From the NCBI GenBank assembly GCA_046313635.1, contig JBKBYA010000001.1:652340-716339 (forward strand): a stretch of 64,000 nucleotides of DNA. The letters run 5' to 3'. The DNA comes from Pyrinomonadaceae bacterium (GTDB taxonomy: Bacteria > Acidobacteriota > Blastocatellia > Pyrinomonadales > Pyrinomonadaceae). The translations under genes were made by a program, and so were the position numbers. Of this stretch, positions 20,516 through 28,148 are shown piece by piece; position 1 is the first letter of the stretch, and each line of letters begins with the position of its first letter. Below the pieces are notes generated by a model, which saw only the letters and a program-made list of their open reading frames with translations, was not told the origin of the DNA and ran no database searches.

Positions 20516-20595
20516 AACTTTGTAGCCGAAATTAAGGTAAACAAATCCCGCAATGCCGACAAGTTGCCGATGCTCGAGCGAGCTTGCCGCTCCAA

Positions 20596-20922
20596 GTCAG
20601 AAACACCTGCGTGAGCGGGCGAGCTCTTCACACGTATTGACTGTTCAAGCCATGCCCGCGAAAGACGCGAAAAAGCGTGAAAGAGAATATTTGGAGGTGC
20701 GTCTCGCGAATGACGCGGATAGCAAAACCTAAAATCGCTTTTGCTCGATCCGTGCCATCCGCGGTTATCTGTGGCTAAGAGTTATTCCAATATTTCGCGT
20801 CCTTTCGCGCATTTGGCGGGCTTTTCTTCGCCGCGGTCGAAGAGCCCGCCCGCTCACGCGGTTTGGTTCCGACTTATTCCGCATTCAAAAGCGCCCACCC
20901 GCTCACGCGGGGTGGTTCTGAC
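20596..20922. repeat. Composite nested inverted repeat with REP-like ends (second copy of the architecture)
   Basis: REP 20596-20629 is inverse to 20839-20873, extra copy at 20893-20922; 20654-20682 pairs with 20793-20821; inner CGCGGAT/ATCCGCG arms. Confidence 0.8.
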
Positions 20923-20951
20923 CTGTGGTAATCTCGATCTTTCCTGACTGC

Positions 20952-21599
20952 GTGGACCTGAGGATCACCGAAATATTTCTCTCGATACAAGGCGAGTCGT
21001 CGCACGCCGGGCGGCCGTGTTCGTTCGTGCGGCTGACCGGCTGCCCGATGCGGTGCCGCTGGTGCGACAGCGAATACACGTTCACGGGCGGCGAGCGGAT
21101 GACATTCGACGAGATCTTTGCGCGGCTCGACGACCTCGGCTGCCGGCTTGTCGAGGTCACGGGCGGCGAGCCGCTCGCGCAGAAGAATGTTTTTCCCTTC
21201 ATTGCCGAGCTATGCGACCGCGGATACGAAGTGCTGATCGAGACCGGCGGCTTTGTCTCGACAGAATCGGTCGACCCGCGCGCCTCGATCATCCTCGACG
21301 TAAAGTGCCCCGCGTCGGGCGAGGCGGAAAGGAATCACTGGCCCAATCTCGATCGGCTCCGCCGCGAAAGGGACGAGGTGAAATTCGTCATTGCGGATCT
21401 CGCCGATTGGGAATTTGCGCGGCGCGTGATCGACGAGTACGACCTGACAAGCCGCGCAAAAGAGATACTCGTCTCGCCGGTGTTTGGTATCGACGATCTT
21501 GCCGGGATCGCCGAGACGATCTCGCGCAGCGGCCTGCCGGTGCGGCTCAATCTGCAGCTTCACAAATTCATTTGGGGACCGGACATGCACGGTGTCTAG
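20952..21599 (+). CDS. queE: 7-carboxy-7-deazaguanine synthase (radical SAM)
   Basis: EIFLSIQGE, CPMRCRWCD, TGGEP, LQLHK; queC nearby. Confidence 0.92.
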   Translation: MDLRITEIFLSIQGESSHAGRPCSFVRLTGCPMRCRWCDSEYTFTGGERMTFDEIFARLDDLGCRLVEVTGGEPLAQKNVFPFIAELCDRGYEVLIETGGFVSTESVDPRASIILDVKCPASGEAERNHWPNLDRLRRERDEVKFVIADLADWEFARRVIDEYDLTSRAKEILVSPVFGIDDLAGIAETISRSGLPVRLNLQLHKFIWGPDMHGV

Positions 21600-21600
21600 A

Positions 21601-21659
21601 CTTCTTTGCGTCTCTGCGGCTTTGCGGGAGATGCGGCCCGCAAAGACGCAAAGCCGCAC
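21601..21659. repeat. Octamer-unit inverted repeat
   Basis: TTTGCGTCTCTGCGGCTTTGCGGG opposite CCCGCAAAGACGCAAAGCCGCA. Confidence 0.75.
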
Positions 21660-21676
21660 AGTATGAATTCACAAGT

Positions 21677-22606
21677 ATGAGAACGATCAAATTCGCCGCG
21701 TTTGTTTTTTTGCTCGCGGTCGCATCGCAGGCCACTCCGGGCCAGCGTAAAAAGGCGGCCGCCGCGCCGCCGAAAGCGACGCCTACGGCGACACTGCTCT
21801 CGCGCGTCGAGGCCGCGCTCGAGGGCTTTCAGGGCAAGGCGTGGATCTACGCACGGAATCTCGACACCGGTCAGGAGTTTTGCCTTCGCTGCGACGAGCC
21901 GACGCGCACGGCGAGCACGATCAAGCTCGCGATCATGGCCGAGGCGTTTCGACAGGTCGCCGAGGGCAAGCTCAAATGGGACGACGAGATCGTGCTCACA
22001 AAAGATAAAAAGGTCGGCGGCTCGGGCATACTCGGCGAATTCTCTGACAACACAAAGATCGACCTCAAGACGGCCGTCAATCTGATGATCGTCGTCTCCG
22101 ACAACACGGCGACAAACCTCGTCATCGACAAGGTCGGCACAGACAATGTCAACGCATTCATGGACCAGCTCGGGCTCGCGAATATCCGCTCGATGCGCAA
22201 GATCGGCGGCGGCGGTGACGCCAAGGCTTGGCTCGAGGATCCGTCGGCGCGGCTCTTCGGTCTCGGCAAGTCGACGCCTCGCGAGATGGTCATGCTCGTC
22301 GAGATGATGGAGCGAGGCACGCTCGTTTCAAAAGAAGCTTCGGCCGAGATGATCGCCATCCTCAAGCGCCAGCAGTACAAGGACGGCATCGGCCGCGCCG
22401 TGCCCGACTCGGTCCCGGTCGCTTCCAAATCCGGAGCTCTCGATCGTCTCCGCTCTGACGTCGGCATCGTTTACACCCGCCGCGGCCGCATCGCGATGGC
22501 CATCACCATCGACGACATGCGCGTCGTCGCGTACGATCAGGAAAATCCCGGTCTCGCGATGATCTGGAAACTGTCGCAGGTACTGCAGGACGGGTTGGGC
22601 CGGTGA
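21677..22606 (+). CDS. Class A beta-lactamase-like serine hydrolase
   Basis: Signal peptide; STIK, SDN, KSG motifs. Confidence 0.88.
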   Translation: MRTIKFAAFVFLLAVASQATPGQRKKAAAAPPKATPTATLLSRVEAALEGFQGKAWIYARNLDTGQEFCLRCDEPTRTASTIKLAIMAEAFRQVAEGKLKWDDEIVLTKDKKVGGSGILGEFSDNTKIDLKTAVNLMIVVSDNTATNLVIDKVGTDNVNAFMDQLGLANIRSMRKIGGGGDAKAWLEDPSARLFGLGKSTPREMVMLVEMMERGTLVSKEASAEMIAILKRQQYKDGIGRAVPDSVPVASKSGALDRLRSDVGIVYTRRGRIAMAITIDDMRVVAYDQENPGLAMIWKLSQVLQDGLGR

Positions 22607-22695
22607 GGTGACGCGGAGACGCGTCGAGACGGGGAATTAGCTATCATCCATCGAGGGCATCGCGACCGAACAGCACGTTTGCGTGCGGGACCAAA

Positions 22696-22802
22696 CTTCT
22701 CTGCGTCTCTGCGTCTCTGCGGGAGACATTGCTCGACCGCATTAATTCAGAAAGAAGATTCGAAAGCGTTTCCCGCAGAGCCGCAGAGCCGCAAAGGAAG
22801 AG
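22696..22802. repeat. Octamer-unit inverted repeat upstream of the GxxExxY gene
   Basis: CTCTGCGTCTCTGCGTCTCTGCGGGA opposite TCCCGCAGAGCCGCAGAGCCGCAAAG. Confidence 0.8.
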
Positions 22803-22894
22803 CATCTAGATATTTCGAGGCGGCGGCTTCGAGCGGTAGAATGCCTTTCAAATAGCCGCTCTCGATTCTTCTGCGTCTCTGAGAGTGATCCCAT

Positions 22895-23272
22895 ATTCAT
22901 GAGAATGAAATTTCCGGAGCCATCGTCGATGCAGCATATCAAATCCACACCACTCTAGGTCCCGGACTGCTCGAGTCGGTTTATGAGGTTGTGCTTGCAT
23001 ATGAACTTCGAAAACGCGGCTTCGATCTAGCGATCCAGCAGCCGATACCTGTTGTCTATGATGAAGTGAAGCTCGAGCTAGGGTTCCGGGCCGATATCAT
23101 CGTCGACCGCAAGGTTGTCATCGAGGTCAAGTCGGTCGAAGTTGTTGCTCCGGTTCACGCCAAACAGCTGCGGACGTACCTGCGCTTGATGGATATTAGA
23201 TTGGGATTGCTGATCAACTTCAATGTCGATCTGATCAAGAACGGGATACAGCGGGTAGTTAATAATCTCTAA
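22895..23272 (+). CDS. GxxExxY protein (PD-(D/E)XK fold); start codon reads ATT, possibly a pseudogene
   Basis: Frame reads (I)HENEISGAIVDAAYQIHTTLGPGLLESVYE...RADIIV..VIEVK...QLRTY..GLLINF; in-frame TGA at 22886. Confidence 0.85.
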   Translation: MHENEISGAIVDAAYQIHTTLGPGLLESVYEVVLAYELRKRGFDLAIQQPIPVVYDEVKLELGFRADIIVDRKVVIEVKSVEVVAPVHAKQLRTYLRLMDIRLGLLINFNVDLIKNGIQRVVNNL

Positions 23273-23274
23273 GA

Positions 23275-23955
23275 ATGCAAAACGAATCGTTGGCAATCGT
23301 GCTTGTATCCGGCGGCATGGACTCGTGCGTCACGGCGGCGATCGCGCGTTACGAGCGTGAAGACCTGGCCTTCCTTCACATTTCGTACGGCCAGCGGACC
23401 GAGGCTCGCGAGCGGCAGGCCTTTAACGACATCGCCGATTTTTACGGCGTCGAACGGCGCCTCGACGTCTCGATCGAGTACCTCGCAAAGATCGGCGGGT
23501 CGTCGCTGACTGACAACAACATCGAGGTTTCCGAGGCCGATCTTGAATCGAAAGAGATCCCGACCAGCTACGTCCCCTTCCGCAATGCGAACATGCTCGC
23601 GATCGCGACGAGCTGGGCCGAGGTGAGCGGCGCGAGTGCGATCTACATCGGCGCGGTGGCCGAGGACTCGAGCGGTTACCCGGATTGCCGGCCGGAGTTT
23701 TACGAGGCGTTTCAGCGGACGATCGACGCCGGTACAAAACCCGACACTCGCATCGAGATCCGCACGCCGATCATTCATCTCTCAAAGGCCGAAATTGTGA
23801 AGAAAGGGATCGAGCTCGGCGCACCGCTGCACCTGACGTGGTCGTGTTATCGCAGCGAGACGCTCGCCTGCGGCACGTGCGACTCGTGCGCGCTCAGGCT
23901 GCGAGGATTTGAGCAGGCGGGCGTCGAGGACCCGATCGCTTACGAAGAAAACTAG
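23275..23955 (+). CDS. queC: 7-cyano-7-deazaguanine synthase
   Basis: SGGMDS, YVPFRN, GYPDCR, TWSCY, CGTCDSC. Confidence 0.96.
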   Translation: MQNESLAIVLVSGGMDSCVTAAIARYEREDLAFLHISYGQRTEARERQAFNDIADFYGVERRLDVSIEYLAKIGGSSLTDNNIEVSEADLESKEIPTSYVPFRNANMLAIATSWAEVSGASAIYIGAVAEDSSGYPDCRPEFYEAFQRTIDAGTKPDTRIEIRTPIIHLSKAEIVKKGIELGAPLHLTWSCYRSETLACGTCDSCALRLRGFEQAGVEDPIAYEEN

Positions 23956-23987
23956 CTGTCAGCTATCAGCTATCAGCTGACAGCTAG
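23952..23987. repeat. Heptamer (TCAGCTA-type) palindromic repeat containing the queC stop codon
   Basis: CTAGCTGTCAGCTATCAGCTATCAGCTGACAGCTAG. Confidence 0.7.
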
Positions 23988-24005
23988 GCGAGTACAGCGC
24001 GGAGC

Positions 24006-25274
24006 TCATACCGCGAGCCGTTCGCGCTTCACCGTGAGGCCGTCGAGGTCGCCGAGCGCTCCGAAGGCGATCGACTCGGTCTTGAAAAAGTCCCTTGCGA
24101 TCGCCGCGACCTCGTCGGTCGTGACGGCGTCGATATTCGCGAGCGTCTCTTCGACCGAGATCTGGCGGCCGTGGACCATCTCGGACTGCGCCATCGACGC
24201 GGCACGCGCGGCGGAATCCTCGAGACTGAGCAGCACCGAGGCGCGGGCTTGGGCCTTTGCGAGTTCGAGTTCGCGCTCGTCGACGCCGCTGCGCACGACG
24301 TTTCGCAATTCACCGATAGAGATGTCGATCACCTCGTCGGTTTGCTCCGGCGACGTGCCGGCAAAGATCGAAAAGACGCCGCAGTCAAGATACATCGCCG
24401 CCGAAGTGCCGACGCTGTATGCAAGCCCGCGCTCCTCGCGGATCTTTTGCCAGAGGCGGCTCGACATTCCGCCGCCGAGGATGCCCGACAGCAGATCGGC
24501 CGCATAGCGTCGCCGGTCGGTCGCCGCGACGAATGGCGTCGCGATGATCAGATGCGCCTGCTCGAGGTCGGGCTTGCGGCGAATGACGATCGGCGCGGCC
24601 GGCGATGGCGGCTCGATCGCGGATTGCGGATTTCGGATCTCGGATTTGCCGAAGTGCTTCTCCGCGAGCCCGACGATCTGTTCGTGATGGACATTGCCGG
24701 CGGCGGTGATGACGAGATTGCCGGCGTGGTACATCTCGCGGTGGAATGCGGCGGTCGTCTTGTGATCGAACGTCCGCACCGTCTCCGGCGTGCCCGCGAT
24801 CGAGAGGCCGAGCGGATGATCGGCGAAGTACTCCCTGGTAAAGATCTCGCCGAGCAGCTCCTCGGGCGAGTCGTCGAGCATCTTGATCTCCTCGATGATG
24901 ACGCGCTGCTCGCTCTCGAGCTCGGCGTCGTCAAATCGCGGATCGTTCATCATATCGGCCAGCAGGTCGAATGCGTGCTCGAGCTGATCGTCGATGACCT
25001 TGATCGCAAATCCCGTCTCTTCGTGCGTCGTAAAAGCGTCGAGCCCGCCGCCGAGGCGGTCCTGCTCGATCGCGATGTCGAGAGCCGAGCGCCGGCCCGT
25101 GCCCTTAAAGACGGTGTGCTCGATAAAGTGCGAGATGCCCTTCAGCTCAACCGGCTCGTGCCGCGCTCCGACGCGATAAAAAAAGCCGAGCGTCACTGAA
25201 CGCACGCCCGGCATCCTGTCCGTGAGAATTGTCAACCCGCTCGTAAAGCGGGTCTCCTCGATGTCTTCCTTCAT
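24006..25274 (-). CDS. M16 family zinc peptidase
   Basis: HFIEH inverted zinc motif, SSRLWQKIREERGLAY. Confidence 0.93.
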   Translation of the reverse strand: MKEDIEETRFTSGLTILTDRMPGVRSVTLGFFYRVGARHEPVELKGISHFIEHTVFKGTGRRSALDIAIEQDRLGGGLDAFTTHEETGFAIKVIDDQLEHAFDLLADMMNDPRFDDAELESEQRVIIEEIKMLDDSPEELLGEIFTREYFADHPLGLSIAGTPETVRTFDHKTTAAFHREMYHAGNLVITAAGNVHHEQIVGLAEKHFGKSEIRNPQSAIEPPSPAAPIVIRRKPDLEQAHLIIATPFVAATDRRRYAADLLSGILGGGMSSRLWQKIREERGLAYSVGTSAAMYLDCGVFSIFAGTSPEQTDEVIDISIGELRNVVRSGVDERELELAKAQARASVLLSLEDSAARAASMAQSEMVHGRQISVEETLANIDAVTTDEVAAIARDFFKTESIAFGALGDLDGLTVKRERLAV

Positions 25275-25346
25275 TGCTTGGCGAACATTGCTTGGCGAAG
25301 GACTAGGGTAGCAAAGTCGGTCGAGCCGCGGTAGCCGAAAGATGAA

Positions 25347-25432
25347 TTGGCCGCGGATCTGCACGGATCGGGCGGATAAGGAAGGCTGAATCAAATTTCC
25401 TATCCGCGCGATCCGCGCTGATCCGCGGCTAA
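25347..25432. repeat. Inverted repeat of CGCGGAT-type units
   Basis: GGCCGCGGATCTGCACGGATCGGGCGGATA opposite TATCCGCGCGATCCGCGCTGATCCGCGGCT. Confidence 0.75.
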
Positions 25433-25439
25433 AGCTCCT

Positions 25440-27857
25440 CTAATTGCTGATCGCGTTAAAGAGCAGCGGGAATGTCGCCAAGCTCTGGCCGCGGTACTGC
25501 GGGCGGAAGCCGAAGAGGATGATCCGGCCTTTGCCGACCTTTACCTCGACAAGCGCGGCCTTGCCGGCGATCTTCTCCGCGCCGAGTGCCCAGCCGGAGA
25601 GAAGGATCTGCTTCGGGTCCGAAGGGTAGCGGGCGATGATGCGAATATCATCTCGCTTGATGAGCTGCCATGGGGTCGGGGGACCTGAACCCGTGCTTGC
25701 CCAGCCAGAATACAATTCAAACGCCGGGCCGTTCTCAAACCACGCGATCGATTCTTTTGGCATTCCCTTGGCGATCGGGTGCGCGGTGTCGAGCTCGGTG
25801 CGAAGGATCGAGCCGGGGATGTAGAAGTCTTTCCTCGCGAGCCCTTTCGTCACGTCGCGGACCGGCAAATTGAACTGCTCGATCGCGAAGTCCGACGAGC
25901 GGTTGAGAAATACGAGCGTGCCGCCGGCCTCGACAAACTTTTTCAGATTCTCGACGCCTTCTTTCCCGACGCCCCCGGTGTATTCGTCGGGCATCGAGCC
26001 TTTCGCGTAGCCGTTCAATATCTGATTGGGCGATTGGTCGGGGAAAACGATGTAAGAGCGGGCGTCGCCGCGGAGAGCAGATATTTCTCCATTTCGGATC
26101 GATGAGTACTTAAAGCTCATCGTCGGCCCGGAATCTGCCAACCGGTTGTAGTTTTCAAACACCCAGCGTGTCCATCCCTCGTCCATCGACGGCGTCTCCG
26201 ACCGGTAAAGCCGGATCGTGCGCTTCGCCGGCGGAGGTGCAGGCGGATTGGCCGCCGGGGAGTACATAAACGGTTTTTGAGGTGGAAACCTGATCGGTTC
26301 GTAAACCGGGACGGTCTTTACATCCATCAGGCGGTTGAGCGAGTGAGCCGTCACGTCGTACGGGGGGATCGGCGCGCCATTCGCGTCCTTCAGATCCGGG
26401 TAGTGCTGGTCCTCAAGCAACGCTTTGGCAAAGGCCGCGTACGGCTGATCCATCCGAATTATCGTCGTCCCATTCGGGTATTTCACGCCCTTGTACGTGA
26501 ATTCACCCGCTTGGTCGAACGTCACACCGGCTTTATAAAGGGAACCACGCAGCGTGAACCACTGCAGGTTCTCGGGCTCATTCACGATTATCGAGTGGAG
26601 CTCGCCCGCTTTCCTCGGCCGCACCGCCTCTTTGCCGATCTCATAAAACCTCGACAGCCATTTCTCACGATTATCCGCCGCGTGGTTTAGCAGACTAAAC
26701 GCGGCGGTGGTCATGTAGTTCGTGATGTCTCTCAGCCGCCATTCGCCGCCGCGCCAGACGGGGCCGAAGTTTGCGGATTCGACCTTTGGGTCGTAGCCGT
26801 CGTCGGCAGGGACGCGGAGGTTTTCGAATTTGATATTCACCGGCGTCGCGAGCCGTGCCGAAGCGGTCTCGCTCAAAATGCGCACGCCGCCGTGGTAGTG
26901 CGAATAGGCGCGCGCGGGTGTCCAGGCGTCGTAGGTCGAGTTGGTCGTGATGCCGGCAAGGCCCTGCTTGCGAAGATCGGCGGCCATATAGTTGCCGAGC
27001 TCGGTGTAGCCTTCGACGATCTGTTTGGGGACGTTCGGCTCGACGGGCTGCATATACGGCGGCAGGAAGAGCCGCGAGCCGTTCTGGCCCTGCTGGTGAA
27101 TGTCATGGACGATCTGCGGGTGCCAGACATTGTGAATTTTATCGACCGTCAGCTGCGTCTCGACCTGCGTGAAGGCGTACCAGTCGCGATTGTTATCGTG
27201 GCCGACGTACTTGTGATAGAGCTCCGGCGGCTCGGTGCCTTCGAATGGCGTGCCGAGCGTCTTGTCATACCAATTCTTGACGATGTCGACGCCGTCGGGG
27301 TTGAGCGAGGGCACGAGCAGGACGATCGTGTTGTCGAGGATCTTTTTGATCTCGGGTTCATTCGAGCTTGCCAGTCTATGCGCGATCAGCATCGACGAGA
27401 GCGTCGAGCCGACCTCGGTCGAGTGTATGCCGCAGGTGATGAGGACGATCGTCTTGCCGTCGCGGATGAATCGCTGCGCGTACGTCTCGGGAGCTCCCCG
27501 CTTTCGGTTAAAAAGCCTCGGGTCCGCGAGGTTGTCGTTGATCTCCTTGTAGCGGCCGAGGTCGTCGAGATTCTCCGGTGAGCTGATCGTGGCGTAAACG
27601 AACGGTGCTCCCATCGTCGTCTTGCCGATCTCTTCAAACATCACGCGGTCGGAGGCGGCGTCGAGCTTTTTAAAATAGTCCACGATCTGCGCCCAGCTCG
27701 CGAGCTTGCGGTCGTCGCCGGGCGTGAAGCCGAGCGTATCCTTTGGCGCCGGGATGGCCGTCTGCGCGGCGGTCGGCAAGAATAAGAAAAGAAATATCCC
27801 GCAAAGACGCAGAGACGCGAAGAGGGAAGACGCAGGGAAGAAGAGTCGAGTTTTCAT
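25440..27857 (-). CDS. M14 family zinc carboxypeptidase, secreted
   Basis: GIHSTE, NPDG, DNNRD, DIHQ; C-terminal GATase-like region. Confidence 0.88.
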   Translation of the reverse strand: MKTRLFFPASSLFASLRLCGIFLFLFLPTAAQTAIPAPKDTLGFTPGDDRKLASWAQIVDYFKKLDAASDRVMFEEIGKTTMGAPFVYATISSPENLDDLGRYKEINDNLADPRLFNRKRGAPETYAQRFIRDGKTIVLITCGIHSTEVGSTLSSMLIAHRLASSNEPEIKKILDNTIVLLVPSLNPDGVDIVKNWYDKTLGTPFEGTEPPELYHKYVGHDNNRDWYAFTQVETQLTVDKIHNVWHPQIVHDIHQQGQNGSRLFLPPYMQPVEPNVPKQIVEGYTELGNYMAADLRKQGLAGITTNSTYDAWTPARAYSHYHGGVRILSETASARLATPVNIKFENLRVPADDGYDPKVESANFGPVWRGGEWRLRDITNYMTTAAFSLLNHAADNREKWLSRFYEIGKEAVRPRKAGELHSIIVNEPENLQWFTLRGSLYKAGVTFDQAGEFTYKGVKYPNGTTIIRMDQPYAAFAKALLEDQHYPDLKDANGAPIPPYDVTAHSLNRLMDVKTVPVYEPIRFPPQKPFMYSPAANPPAPPPAKRTIRLYRSETPSMDEGWTRWVFENYNRLADSGPTMSFKYSSIRNGEISALRGDARSYIVFPDQSPNQILNGYAKGSMPDEYTGGVGKEGVENLKKFVEAGGTLVFLNRSSDFAIEQFNLPVRDVTKGLARKDFYIPGSILRTELDTAHPIAKGMPKESIAWFENGPAFELYSGWASTGSGPPTPWQLIKRDDIRIIARYPSDPKQILLSGWALGAEKIAGKAALVEVKVGKGRIILFGFRPQYRGQSLATFPLLFNAISN

Positions 27858-27903
27858 ATTTCAGATCGGCGAACAGTGTAAGGCAGAAACACGGCGGGCG
27901 GGA

Positions 27904-28038
27904 AGGGTTCAGGGTTCGGAGTTCCGAGTTCGGAGTTCGGAGTTTTAGAGTTCAGAGTTCGGAGTTCAGTGTTCAAGGCGAGAGTTTAGGTGGGTCTCGA
28001 TTCCGAACCCTGAACTCCGAACCCTGAACCCTGAACTC
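27904..28038. repeat. Heptamer (GAGTTCR) tandem arrays in inverted orientation
   Basis: About 10 GAGTTCG/GGGTTCA units, then about 5 reverse-complement units. Confidence 0.85.
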
Positions 28039-28148
28039 ACGACGTTGCTTGCCTGTTTTGCGCAACTAACGGTACAGTAACGCAAGTTTCTCAATCTCAA
28101 AGCTTTCCCCCCCCGAACGAGACAATCAACCAGGAGGTTCGTTGCTGG

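Noticed and set aside
18956..20614. Long antisense ORFs (also 4303-5622, 33791-35068, 17643-18749)
   Set aside because: Shadows of real genes caused by high-GC codon bias; no recognisable motifs
20516..20951. preQ1 riboswitch upstream of queE
   Set aside because: No recognisable aptamer or A-rich tail; the region is explained by repeats
21017..21676. N-terminal extensions in the ORF track (also at 42, 12934, 35863, 48020)
   Set aside because: They overlap real genes; internal starts give proper signal peptides or family N-termini
20952..23955. queE/queC as a Dpd or Qat DNA-modification/defence system
   Set aside because: Both look like canonical queuosine enzymes and no dpdA or qat partners are present
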